This document shows, one piece after another, positions 38,549 through 49,600 of a stretch of DNA of 64,000 nucleotides. The DNA comes from Candidatus Obscuribacteraceae bacterium (GTDB lineage: Bacteria > Cyanobacteriota > Vampirovibrionia > Obscuribacterales > Obscuribacteraceae): positions 96,001 through 160,000 of the forward strand of contig JBGAHS010000005.1 in assembly GCA_044226015.1 (NCBI GenBank). Reading direction: 5' to 3'. Position numbers and translations under genes: made by a program. A model generated the notes under the pieces. That model worked only from the letters and a program-made list of their open reading frames with translations. It ran no database searches and had not been told where the DNA came from. The number at the start of each line of letters is the position of its first letter. The first letter of the stretch is position 1.

Positions 38549-40486
38549 ATGAAAATAAAATCGACGGCTGCTCTGATAGCAATACTGGCTTCAACTCTGG
38601 CAGTATCTGCTTACACCCCTGGTGATAATTTACATTCTTCCGGAATTCCCGCCATTCCTGATTCACTTGTGGATGCCGTTGATCGATACACCGAGTTTAG
38701 AACTGCAGGCATGGAAAGCTGGCATCCTGTAAAGCGTGAACTCCTCATTAAAACTCGATTTGCCGATACGGCTCAGGTTCACAGAGTGGGTTTTCCTGCT
38801 GCTGAAAGAAAGCAACTTACGTTTTTCAAAGACAGCGTGACCTCTGCCAGTTACCAACCAACCACTGGCGACTATTTCGTTTTTGCCAAGGATGCTGGCG
38901 GAAATGAAAATTATCAGCTCTTCAAGTTTGACACCAAATCTGGTGCTATCGAACTGCTCACCGACGGGCAGTCTCGTAACACTGCTGGACCATGGTCCAA
39001 TAAAGGTGATCAGATGGCATATGAGTCCAACCGAAGAAACAAGAAAGACATGGACATCTATGTAATGAATCCGCTGACAAAAAGGGAAAGACTCTTTGCT
39101 GAAATGGAAGGTGGCGGGTTCTCTGTCAGCGACTGGTCTCCAGATGACAAATCGCTACTAGTGACCGAAGAAATTTCAATCAACGAATCCTATCTATGGT
39201 TGATGGACATTGAAACAGGTAAGAAGACTCTTTTAACCCCGAAAGTAAAAGACTCGCAGATTGCCTACAATTCCGCAAAATTCTCTCGTGATGGAAATGG
39301 CATCTATGTCTCATGCGATAAGGATGCCGAATTTTGTCGCTTGACCTACATCGATTTGAAAACGATGAAACACGACGCGATCACCGATAAATTAGATTGG
39401 GACGTTGCTAGTTTCCAGCAATCTTGGGATGGCAAATGGATTGCTTACATCAGCAATGAAGATTCCATTTTCAGAATGCACTTGATTGATGCGAAGACGT
39501 ATAAAGAGCAGAAGTTGCCAGAGCTGCCTAAAGGCGAAATTTCCGGTGTTGAGTGGCACAAGAATAATGAAGATTTGGCGTTTCAGATGGAAACTGCGCA
39601 GTATCCCTCGGACGTTTATTCTTACAATCTGAAGACGCAGAAGGTTGATCGGTGGACAGAAAGCGAAACTGGCGGACTTAACACTGCAGATTTTTCAGAG
39701 CCTGAACTAATTCACTGGAAGAGTTTCGACGGCAAGCAGATTTCTGGTTTACTCTACCTTCCGCCCAAGAAGTTCTCTGGCAAGAGACCAGTTCTTATGA
39801 TTATCCATGGTGGACCCGAAGGACAGTCTACCGCTGGTTTCAACGGTAAGTTGAATTATTACTTGAACGAACTTGGCGTTGCGATAATCTTTCCGAATGT
39901 GCGTGGTTCTGCGGGCTATGGAAAGTCATATCTAAAAGCTGATAACGGTTTTTTGCGTGAAGGAAGCTACAAAGATATTGATGCCCTCTTCGACTTCATT
40001 AAAGCCTCTGACAAGCTTGATTCTGATAAAGTAATGGTTACTGGCGGAAGCTATGGTGGCTTCATGACATTGGCAGTTGCTTGCAATTACGCTGATAAGA
40101 TTAAGTGTGCTCTTGACGTTGTAGGTCCATCGAACTTCGTCACATTCCTCGAGCGAACTGAGGGCTATCGCCGTGATTTGCGTCGCTGTGAATATGGAGA
40201 TGAGCGAGATCCCAAGATGAGGGAATTCCTCGAAAAGATTGCACCTCGCAACAAGGCTGATAAAATTACCAAGCCACTGTTTGTGGTGCAAGGAAAGAAC
40301 GATCCTCGAGTTCCAGCGTTAGAATCTGAGGACATGGTGAATGTAATTCGTAAGAAAGGCACGCCTGTCTGGTATCTTCTAGCTGATGATGAAGGGCATG
40401 GCTTCCGTAAAAAGAAAAATGCCGATTACCAGTTCTTTTCGACTATTCTGTTCCTAAAGAAATATTTGCTAGAGGAAAATAGCTAA
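38549..40486 (+). CDS. S9 family serine peptidase (prolyl oligopeptidase-like)
   Basis: Signal peptide, beta-propeller, IHGGPE, GGSYGG, GKNDPRVP, DEGHGF. Confidence 0.95.
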   Translation: MKIKSTAALIAILASTLAVSAYTPGDNLHSSGIPAIPDSLVDAVDRYTEFRTAGMESWHPVKRELLIKTRFADTAQVHRVGFPAAERKQLTFFKDSVTSASYQPTTGDYFVFAKDAGGNENYQLFKFDTKSGAIELLTDGQSRNTAGPWSNKGDQMAYESNRRNKKDMDIYVMNPLTKRERLFAEMEGGGFSVSDWSPDDKSLLVTEEISINESYLWLMDIETGKKTLLTPKVKDSQIAYNSAKFSRDGNGIYVSCDKDAEFCRLTYIDLKTMKHDAITDKLDWDVASFQQSWDGKWIAYISNEDSIFRMHLIDAKTYKEQKLPELPKGEISGVEWHKNNEDLAFQMETAQYPSDVYSYNLKTQKVDRWTESETGGLNTADFSEPELIHWKSFDGKQISGLLYLPPKKFSGKRPVLMIIHGGPEGQSTAGFNGKLNYYLNELGVAIIFPNVRGSAGYGKSYLKADNGFLREGSYKDIDALFDFIKASDKLDSDKVMVTGGSYGGFMTLAVACNYADKIKCALDVVGPSNFVTFLERTEGYRRDLRRCEYGDERDPKMREFLEKIAPRNKADKITKPLFVVQGKNDPRVPALESEDMVNVIRKKGTPVWYLLADDEGHGFRKKKNADYQFFSTILFLKKYLLEENS

Positions 40487-40488
40487 TC

Positions 40489-42693
40489 TTGATTCTCAAG
40501 TCTGGAAAAACTTATCAAGGGCGATACCGAATTAACAATGTCCTCCACGAAGGTGCGCAGGCAGAAATATTCCTTGGCGACGATTTGCAGCTGACTCGAA
40601 AAATTGCCTTGAAAGTGCTAGACCTGACAAGAGACCCGAAAGCTGCTGAGAAGTTTCAGCAAGAAGCGAAAGTTCTAGCTGGTCTCTCCCATCCAAACAT
40701 CGTGACGGTTTATTCGTATGGAACCCTGGAGAATGGATGTAGCTATATTTCCATGGAATACGTTGATGGGCTCACTCTAAGAGATTGGCTTGAGCAAAAA
40801 GGTAAATTGAGTCTTGATGATTTCATAAGTGCTTATGGGCAATTATTGCGAGCACTGGTGTACCTCCATGAGAATGGCATTATTCACAGAAACATCAACC
40901 CGCAAAATATCATGATTCGGAAGGAAAACGATGAGGCTGAGCCTGTCGTGAAAATTCTGGATTTTGGTTTTGCAAAAGATTCGCCGGTTCAAGAAGATGG
41001 TTCAATCTTGGCGCAAGCCCAAACTCAAGCGCCAACCGGAAACCCTACATATATGAGTCCAGAGCAGTGTTCACTAAAGCCAATCGATGCTCGTTCAGAT
41101 CTGTTTTCACTGGCATGCGTAATGTATGAGGCAATCAGTGGTAAGCCGCCTTTTGAAGCGGAAACAGTGCTGGAAATGACCTTGAAACACGCAAACGACA
41201 TCATGAATCCGCTGGATGGTGTTCACCCTGACGTTATCGTTTACTTCCGCAAAGCCCTTGATCGTGATATCACACGACGCTATCAAAGCTCTTCTGAAAT
41301 GCTTGCAGCACTTCCTGTAATCGATCGACTTGATAGCAATAAAGTCTACAGAATGAGAGCTGCCAAAAAAGGATTGAAACCGTGGCAGAAAGCTGTTTTG
41401 GCTCTCGTCTTGCTCGGTATTGTCGGTTTGATGGGTGGATTTTTCTCCAAAAAATTGAATAATGTCCACATCTACAAGCGTGATATTCAACGGCTTAATG
41501 ATGGAGCTACGCTTCTCAGTCAGATGGATCAGAATAACAACAAGGAAGTGTATGACACTTGCAAGAGGATTCTAAAGTTAGATCCGAAAACCAACAAAGA
41601 AGCCCGTCTTACTGCATTGCGCTGGCTTTCTAAGGTATCAGATTCTTTTGAAAAGAATTCGGCGTTGAAGTACGCACAAAATCTCCTTAGTGCGGTCAAA
41701 GCTGATAAAAACGCGGGAGCAACTGCTTTGTTCGACGCTTATGCAAATTTGTATCAAGTTCAGGTGCGCGAGTCTAAGTTTAGTGATGCAGTCTCCACAG
41801 CGAAGGCAGCTATTACTGCTCTAAAGAACAGTAACGCTCCAGTCAATCTGGCTACTATCTATCAATACAAAGCTGCTTCTGAGTTTAAATTGAAGAGGTT
41901 TAGCGAAAGTAAGGAAGACGCGGAAATCTCGAACGATTACATTATGAAAACTGGAATAGCTGATAAAGACAAAGACTCGTTTGTTTGGACGAATACCTCG
42001 ACCATCGTCCTGGGTATGGCTGAGTCAGGACACGACGAAGGCATAGAAAAGCTTGTTTCTTCAGTCTTGGCTGCTCACAAAAGTTGTCCAGTGATGTTGT
42101 GTTATCAACTCTTAGATGCAGCAGATAATTTTGCAAGAGCTCATAAGTTCAAATCATCGGCTGTATTAGTTTCAGCTGTGGAAAAGACAGTCGATAGTGA
42201 TTCTTCCGCTGATTCATCATTGCGTTCTGACTTGTACACAACTAAGTCACTCGTCCTGTTTTCGCAGGGCAAAAAGGCTGAGGCGCATGATGCGGCTACA
42301 AAAGCGTACAATGAGTTAAAGAAACAATCTAACAAAGAGCACCTGGTCAATTTTCAGCGGTTCGCGCTTTTGCTAGGTCTGGAAAAGGATTTTGCACTCA
42401 TTGAGCAGGTCCAAAAGGATATTGTGGCAATTGCTAAAGTGGACGACCCGAAAGTTGATGCTGGTTGTCTGTCTGCGCTTGAGCTAGGCAATCTGTACAA
42501 GAATACCGGAAAGAACGAGAACGCCGAAGCTTACTTCAATATGGCGCTGACTTATGCCACCAACAATAGAGCGAGTAATCCGTCGCTTTATAAAAAGGTA
42601 GTGACAGAGGTTGCCAAATTTTATGATGCCGTTGGTAAAAAGCCAGAGGCGAAAAATCTTCGCGCAACCATCACTGCTACTGCGACGAAGTAG
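40489..42693 (+). CDS. Membrane Ser/Thr kinase-like protein with C-terminal TPR-like region (probable pseudokinase)
   Basis: IALK, HPNIV, DFG, GNPTYMSPEQ, SDLFSL present; catalytic loop reads HRNINPQN; central TM; TTG start. Confidence 0.88.
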   Translation: MILKSGKTYQGRYRINNVLHEGAQAEIFLGDDLQLTRKIALKVLDLTRDPKAAEKFQQEAKVLAGLSHPNIVTVYSYGTLENGCSYISMEYVDGLTLRDWLEQKGKLSLDDFISAYGQLLRALVYLHENGIIHRNINPQNIMIRKENDEAEPVVKILDFGFAKDSPVQEDGSILAQAQTQAPTGNPTYMSPEQCSLKPIDARSDLFSLACVMYEAISGKPPFEAETVLEMTLKHANDIMNPLDGVHPDVIVYFRKALDRDITRRYQSSSEMLAALPVIDRLDSNKVYRMRAAKKGLKPWQKAVLALVLLGIVGLMGGFFSKKLNNVHIYKRDIQRLNDGATLLSQMDQNNNKEVYDTCKRILKLDPKTNKEARLTALRWLSKVSDSFEKNSALKYAQNLLSAVKADKNAGATALFDAYANLYQVQVRESKFSDAVSTAKAAITALKNSNAPVNLATIYQYKAASEFKLKRFSESKEDAEISNDYIMKTGIADKDKDSFVWTNTSTIVLGMAESGHDEGIEKLVSSVLAAHKSCPVMLCYQLLDAADNFARAHKFKSSAVLVSAVEKTVDSDSSADSSLRSDLYTTKSLVLFSQGKKAEAHDAATKAYNELKKQSNKEHLVNFQRFALLLGLEKDFALIEQVQKDIVAIAKVDDPKVDAGCLSALELGNLYKNTGKNENAEAYFNMALTYATNNRASNPSLYKKVVTEVAKFYDAVGKKPEAKNLRATITATATK

Positions 42694-42768
42694 TACTGCC
42701 GATTCTTTGCGGTAATTTTCTTTTCTTGTTTTCGTAAAGCTGGTAGCTTTGCCTAAGCTTCTAACACA

Positions 42769-42810
42769 GTGAATGAGGATCCGTGAATGAGGATCCATGT
42801 ATGAAGATCC
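42769..42810. repeat. 14-bp tandem repeat x3, intergenic
   Basis: gtgaatgaggatcc gtgaatgaggatcc atgtatgaagatcc. Confidence 0.8.
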
Positions 42811-42882
42811 ACTAGCGCTCGATGTTATAAGAGAAAGAAGGCGTTCTTACGAACTCAGATTCTCTTGCTGCTTTGGCTTCGA

Positions 42883-44691
42883 TTAGTGAGAAGATGGCAA
42901 TCCTGCCATCTTCTGGTAGGCACCGCGCTTGCCACCAGTCAAAGTTAGCACTGCGTCCATTTTGACTATTTGATTGACAATTTTTTGATCGTAATCATTC
43001 TTACTTTCGTAGATCTGGCGCATAATCGGACTGTACTGAAGAAGTGAAGTCAGCTCAAACTCGCTCTTATTCACGATAACTGAGCCCTGCGCTGTTTCGA
43101 TGCTTCGAACGTTTCTTCGCGAAACACCATCGTTTTTCATCTCACTGAAGGCCGCAGGTACTGAGTTCGCAATTACGAGTTCTTCTCCCGCAGAGCAATC
43201 AATACTTCGCGATTTGATTTTGGCGGTGACACTCTTGCTTCCAATTTCACGCAAATTTCGGATAACAGTAGCATTCTTTCGTGCAATAACTTGAACGATA
43301 GCTCCATCATCGATGTTTACGAAGCACTCGTTGATTTTGACACTCAAGGGGTCTTTCGCAACTAAAATCGCTTCGCCTGAACTTAAGTCGACTCGTCCGT
43401 ACTGATCAATTTCTAGTTTGGCTGATTCCAGATATTTTGCTGCGCCATTTTGCAACCAGGTAGTTTTGAGTGCATCGGCTACCCGCGGGAATGGAATAGG
43501 ACCTCTCTCATGCACAGTTCTTGCTGCAGGCACGAAATAGCGTGAGTCAAGTGACTCTTTGTAGCTTGGTGTCTTCTGATTTGCGATGGTATCTCTCTGA
43601 AGAATTTGCCTTCTGATTTCATCGCGCCGCATTTCTGGGGTGATACCAAACTGAGAAAACATACTCTTGTAAGCAGTCGCCATCTTCGCATTTGCAATTG
43701 GCGGGTCAATTGCTTTTAGCTCAGTAATAAAGTTGCTTGCATCACTATCTAAGTTGCGAGTTGCAATATTTAGTTCAACGGCCGGTGCCTGAAGTGGTTT
43801 ACTTGCTAATAATTCTTTTGAGCCGTTGTTGCTAACATAGTCCGAAGCACCAGAGCTAGCAACTGTGGACTCGTTGACCTTAATTTCCTTGCCCAGTGCA
43901 ACTTCCTGCTTTGTGTTGTTGCCTTTGTAGGCAAACTGAACTTCGCTTGCGGTTCCGTACAAACTACTTATACGAACACGGTTGAACCAGGTTTGTTCAA
44001 CTGCCGCAATAGAATTTGGCTTGACTTCAACAGCACCGTATTTGGTGAGTACTTTTACAGGTTTGACACCAGATACGACCCACATGGTTCCGCATCTCAG
44101 TACCATAGTCGATGGAGCACAGGCGTTGAACATCGTTCCGGATGACACCATCAGTAAACCGGATGGATCGCCGGGTACAACGAAAGATTGACCTGTTTTA
44201 TGACCCACCATCCACGGTATTTCATCAGGTGACTGCTTGCGAAGCGCAAGCTGTTCGAACTGTTTCTTGTCTGGACGCCTTGTTGGAATTGGAATGTTTA
44301 TTCTGATTGTGTCGGTCGGGGGCAGCAAAGTCTGTGGAATGTTCTGAGTGGTAGGCAAATTAGTTATCGGAACCCCACCAACTCTTGCGTTGTTGAGAAA
44401 CTCCTTAAGCTCTGGTGATGCCTGGTAGTAAGGAAACATCGTCATTCCAGCGATGTTGTAGGTGTAGGTATCTTTTGGCAATTTAAATCTTTGCGCTGTT
44501 ATATCGGCTACCCCTGTCGGCAGAACCACCATTCGCCGATTAGGCTCGGGATAACCGGGAATGTTCTTCCCTTGATTTTCGAAGTTGGGAAAGAACTGTT
44601 CTGCATTTGCGACGCTACACGTGGCGGCGAAAGCAATTAGCAATGCACCTGTCGCGCGTAGTTGGCGAACTTTATTTTGAGTTGAACTCAT
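42883..44691 (-). CDS. Secreted hypothetical protein with two FecR-like beta-rich segments
   Basis: Signal peptide ending ANA; LRCGTMWVV..VKVLTKYGAVEV and LSSGEAILV..LSVKINECFVNI. Confidence 0.7.
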   Translation of the reverse strand: MSSTQNKVRQLRATGALLIAFAATCSVANAEQFFPNFENQGKNIPGYPEPNRRMVVLPTGVADITAQRFKLPKDTYTYNIAGMTMFPYYQASPELKEFLNNARVGGVPITNLPTTQNIPQTLLPPTDTIRINIPIPTRRPDKKQFEQLALRKQSPDEIPWMVGHKTGQSFVVPGDPSGLLMVSSGTMFNACAPSTMVLRCGTMWVVSGVKPVKVLTKYGAVEVKPNSIAAVEQTWFNRVRISSLYGTASEVQFAYKGNNTKQEVALGKEIKVNESTVASSGASDYVSNNGSKELLASKPLQAPAVELNIATRNLDSDASNFITELKAIDPPIANAKMATAYKSMFSQFGITPEMRRDEIRRQILQRDTIANQKTPSYKESLDSRYFVPAARTVHERGPIPFPRVADALKTTWLQNGAAKYLESAKLEIDQYGRVDLSSGEAILVAKDPLSVKINECFVNIDDGAIVQVIARKNATVIRNLREIGSKSVTAKIKSRSIDCSAGEELVIANSVPAAFSEMKNDGVSRRNVRSIETAQGSVIVNKSEFELTSLLQYSPIMRQIYESKNDYDQKIVNQIVKMDAVLTLTGGKRGAYQKMAGLPSSH

Positions 44692-44948
44692 GAATTATTT
44701 CCGAACTAGTAACTGGCGCCCGGGGGCTAGCACCCACACTGCCCCACGTAGAGGTTATCACCTTGGAATCTGGTTCCAAAATGAAAAACTTGGCGAAATG
44801 TTGATAATTTAGCCATCGAACGATGTCAATATAGATTTCAATTTTCCTTGAATGAGAGGTGTTGACTCCTCAGAGGGCATAAAATCTGAGAGTAAGGCTG
44901 CCTGGTCGCAGTCTGGAAGCGTCAGACTTATCGGAAATAGATAGCTTG

Positions 44949-46616
44949 ATGAAGACCTGGACACTAGCTCTATTACTTTTGGCTAATTTCTTTTCTGCGG
45001 TTTCAGGCGCCGAGGAGAGCATTGAGAATTCTGCCAGTTCTGCTGAATCCAGGCAGAAGTCAAGCGAACTTAGATTCCAAGTGTTTTTGCCACCAGTGCT
45101 TGAGAAGGAAAAGAACGTTTGGGGTAGCATTTATGATCAGTTTGGAAACATAGCGCCTCAGCAAAAAATCGTTGTAAATGACATCGAGGTCGAGAGTGAT
45201 GATTACGGTTCATTTCATTTTCTCGCTCCGGTGGCTGACAAGGTCGATGTTCATATAGCTGGCATCGCTGGCAGTGACCTGTCTTATTGGAGCACCGCCA
45301 GTGGTTTGCTTGTCTCTGACCAGAGTGCAGTGGATTTGGTCGACAGGTTGGACTCAATGCCTGTGTTCTCTGGCAAGGAGCCGGTGATTGCGCTCGCACC
45401 ATCCGTGGTGGAAACGCAGCAAACCATAGTGGTGCTTGGAAAAAATTTCAGTGGTAAACAAGGCGACGACGACCTCGAAGTTGCTGACCGTAACGCTGAT
45501 ATTCTTGCTGCCTCACCTCGAAGCCTTGTTGCGGTTACTAGCAAATTTATGAAAATGGGACCGATGAAGGAAATGCGTGTTTCCAGCCACGAACAAACAT
45601 CACTGCCAGTCGAGCTAGATGTATGCAAAGTGTCCATAAAAAACAATTCTCAACCGAATGGCAAGGCTGCTGTGCGAATAGATGTACTCGGCACAACATT
45701 ACCTGCGGTGATTGCTCTCACTAACAATTCGCGCTCTGATTTGCGATTTGGGGGCTGGAAATTAGGCAGTCAAAATCTCTTCCTGAGCCAGGGCGGTGTG
45801 CAGAATGCTTTTATGGTCGAGCCCAGCGTGGCTTTATCTTCCAACGAGTTTGCTGCTCATCTGGTGTCAAATGGACTTTTTGACGCGTATTCGATGAAAA
45901 CCAACCGTAATCTTCTTTCGAAAAGTGTATACGACACTGAAGAACAAGCTGAAATCATTCGCTTGAAAAAACGTGTGATTGGACTTGAGTCTCAACTCAA
46001 TTCGCTAAATACCCAAAGGGCTGAAGAATCAAAGTCTGCAAAACTCGACCTTAATGAAGAGAGCGACCTCGAATTGAAGAGTAAGGCATTGAGCTCACGC
46101 ATCTTTAGAATAAACAGAATGCTTCAGGCACGGCGAACTGTTTTGGAGTCTTGCGGTTACAGCGACTATGACAAGCTTATGGATCTCGCCACCAGTGGTG
46201 GTGCGAGCAGTCTTGATGCTTTAGCATCAGACAAGGCTCTAGGTTTTACAGAATCGCGATTGCTGAGAATCGTAGCTAAAAGGGCAGCCGAAGAGAAGAA
46301 GCAATCTGAGATGGAAGCTAATGCAGCATGGACTTACAAATACAATTCTCCGGATAAGACTATGCTGAATTCTTACAGAAAGAAATATGGAAAACGTGGA
46401 TATGTACCTCCGCCTCCAAATATGGCGACCCTAATTCCTCCACCTGCACCATTCAAACCTGATTTAAAGGATATGGGACCATTCTTGATGGACCTCAATG
46501 TTGCACCGCCTGCGCCACTTTCTTCAAAAGCAAAAAGCAGCAAAGGTAAGCCGGCTACATCTGCTTCGGAAACTCGCGTTAATTCCAAGCAATCTAAGAA
46601 AAAAGCAAGAAGATGA
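44949..46616 (+). CDS. Secreted hypothetical protein (IPT-like segment, coiled coil)
   Basis: Signal peptide; TIVVLGKNF; ATGA overlap with downstream kinase. Confidence 0.7.
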   Translation: MKTWTLALLLLANFFSAVSGAEESIENSASSAESRQKSSELRFQVFLPPVLEKEKNVWGSIYDQFGNIAPQQKIVVNDIEVESDDYGSFHFLAPVADKVDVHIAGIAGSDLSYWSTASGLLVSDQSAVDLVDRLDSMPVFSGKEPVIALAPSVVETQQTIVVLGKNFSGKQGDDDLEVADRNADILAASPRSLVAVTSKFMKMGPMKEMRVSSHEQTSLPVELDVCKVSIKNNSQPNGKAAVRIDVLGTTLPAVIALTNNSRSDLRFGGWKLGSQNLFLSQGGVQNAFMVEPSVALSSNEFAAHLVSNGLFDAYSMKTNRNLLSKSVYDTEEQAEIIRLKKRVIGLESQLNSLNTQRAEESKSAKLDLNEESDLELKSKALSSRIFRINRMLQARRTVLESCGYSDYDKLMDLATSGGASSLDALASDKALGFTESRLLRIVAKRAAEEKKQSEMEANAAWTYKYNSPDKTMLNSYRKKYGKRGYVPPPPNMATLIPPPAPFKPDLKDMGPFLMDLNVAPPAPLSSKAKSSKGKPATSASETRVNSKQSKKKARR

Positions 46617-49600
46617 CCTTGTTCAACCCGAAGTTGAGAGTCTTCCACCAAGGTTTGATTCTGGTGGGACTGCCTCTTATTCTCGAACTTTTACTTATCG
46701 GAAATCTCTGGAACTTACTTTTGCATGCCGATAGAGAGCTTGCAAGAGAAAGTCGTTATAGGCAATTCTCAGCTTTGGGCAGCCGTTTGATGACTCTTAC
46801 TTATGAGGCACCATATCTTTTGATTACTTCGCTGCAAGGTGGTGGCAATCGCTACTTTCTTGCTTACGAGCGTGACGTAGAGCAAGTGAAACAATTGAAG
46901 AGTCAGGCTTTGGCATTAGCAAAAGATGACCCACTAATAGAAGACGTTTCTGTTGAATTAGAAGAAAGTTTGTCAGTTATTCTAGGCATTTGTGACACCC
47001 TCGCAGAGGCGAAGAGAAGTGGAAGTTCACTCAACTTGATTCACGAACTTCCTCGTATTCAGCAGCGATTCAACAACTCGAAAAATCTCGCGATTGAGCG
47101 AATCGCTATAATCGTCAAAATCGGACAACATACTACAGCTGAATCGGAAAAGCGAATTCGTCGGATGCGCAGTCTGATGAGTTGGATTCTGCTCTTTGGC
47201 GTCTTCTCCAATATCTTATTGGGTGTAGCATTACTTGCATTTTTTCGAAAGCGCATTCTTGAGCGCATCAAAGTTATTACCGAAAATACTCTGCTATTGT
47301 CTCAAAAGAAAGAACTGCACAAACCCCTCGGTGGTGGCGATGAGATAGATCAATTAGATCGCGCATTTCACCTGATGAATACTGAATTGATCGAGGCATC
47401 GAGGCGAGAAACATCTCTGTTTAACAACGCCAGTGACGTTATATGTGTTCTTGACTCAAACGCTCAATTCTTAAAAATAAACTCTGCCTGCGAACGATTG
47501 TGGTTTTACAAATCAGAACAGTTACTTAGCCATTCACTGCTCAATCTTTTGGATGAATCGGATAAAGCATCCTTTGAAAAGTTGTTTGCTAAATGCAAGG
47601 CATCTCCAGAACCAGTTAATTTAGAGATAAAGATCAAGAGGAACGATGAATCTGTTATTGAGACTTTGTGGTCGACATTCTGGTCCGTTCCTGAACAGTG
47701 TCTGTATTGCGTAGTGCATGATATTAGCGAAAGAAAACAAGTCGAGAGAATCAAACAGAAATTTATTGCGCTAATTAGCAAGGAATTGAAAAAGCCCCTA
47801 TCGTCAATAAGTGATTCCCTGAGTGGACTATTGATTCCCACAGCTAAGCTATCTGACCTTGCGCGTAGCAAATTGATAAATACGCAAAGCAATCTGAAGC
47901 GCTTACTTCAATTGGTCAGTGAGTTGCTTCAAATCGCTGAAATGGAGAGCGCAGCAAAGATGCAATTGGAGTTTGCTGACTTTGATATCTTTGAGATTGT
48001 CAGTCAGGCTGTTTCTGATGTCGAAGGACTGGCTCAGGCGCGGAACATTCAGCTAATTGTTGAAGTGAAATCTTCCAATTGTAATTGCGATAAAAACAGA
48101 ATAGTTCAAGTGCTGGTGAACCTATTATCGAATGCGATAAAGTTCTCGCCAGAGTCTTCGACTGTTACCGTAAATGCGGTTTTAGAAGGTATAGCTCAAA
48201 AAATATGCGTAATAGATTCGGGCAGAGGTGTTCCAGAGTCACATCGTCAGACGATATTTGAAAAGTTCAAACAAGTAGAGGCAAGTGATGGAAGACCTAA
48301 AACAGGAACTGGTCTTGGTTTGCCGATTTGCAAAGATATCGTAGAAGCTCATTCTGGCAGCATTGGTGTTAAAAGTAATGAAGGTCAAGGAAGTGTTTTC
48401 TGGATAACGCTTCCACTAACTGAGCTAGAAAGAGAACGACTGCGGGCGCAAAAAGAGAATCTAATTTCAGCTGCCGATGAAAGCATGCCATTAGCGGGGA
48501 AATCTACTGCGCAGGCTGACTTGGGTAAGATTACAAAGCCATCGGAGAAAAAGAGATTTCAACTCAAGCTCATACACAAAGGTGTTTTGCTGGTTGGTAT
48601 TCCGATTTTATTTGAGAGCGCTTTCGTTGGCGCACTTGCAGTGCAACTGACGCAGTCTGAGCAAATGCGCCAGAGCGAGTTAAAGCAAAGAAAGATTGCC
48701 GCGTATTCCAACAGGATGCTGCAAGGCTTCATGAAAGCCGCATTATTGATTACTCTGACAAAAAGTCGCGACAACTGGGTTGCCTTTGAAGCAGTCTACA
48801 AGGAGATTCTTCATTACCGACAGACCATCAAAAAGTTGCTTGCAAATGACCCTGCTGTTGCGCAAGACTTTGAAAATCTGGAAATATCAAATAAGAAGTG
48901 GGATGAATTTTACGTCGCTGCAGCAGAGAGAATGAAGGAGGGTTTCACTGAAGTAAACTCAAGTGACACCATGGATAAACGGGCAATTTTACTTCCGATA
49001 ACAGCTAACATTGCACGGAAGGTTTTACGTCTTGTCGAAGATGTGGAAAAGCGCGAGTTCGAGCCAGCTAAGCAGGCTGCCCAAAGAAAGAAACTAGGGT
49101 TGATACTGTTGGCGGGGCTATGCAGCAATTTGATGCTGTCAGTATTGCTTGCTCTGTATTTCTCCAAAGACATTACGTCACGACTTGCCCAACTAGCAGA
49201 TAACGCTGAGCGTCTAGCTAACGATAAACCTTTGAATACTCCATTGAGTGGTACTGATGAAATTGCAAATTTAGATCGTGTGTTTCATGAGACTTCAGAA
49301 GCTGTGCAAGCTGCTCGCAAGAAAGAACGTGCTGTTTTTGATAATGCTCAAGATTTGATTTGTTCGATCGACGAAAACGCAAAATTCTTGAGTCTAAATC
49401 AAGCATGCGCACGGCTGCTCGGCAGTGATGCGGCAAGTCTTAAGGATAAAGTTCTCTATGAATTTGTTTCACCAAACGAGAAAGAGAAGATGCAAGCGGC
49501 TCTTTCCATCAGTGATGCAGGTACACAAAGTCACTGTGTTATTGAAAGCAGTCTATCTAGAAGTGATGGAGCTTTGATTTACTTGCAATGGTCTATCTCA

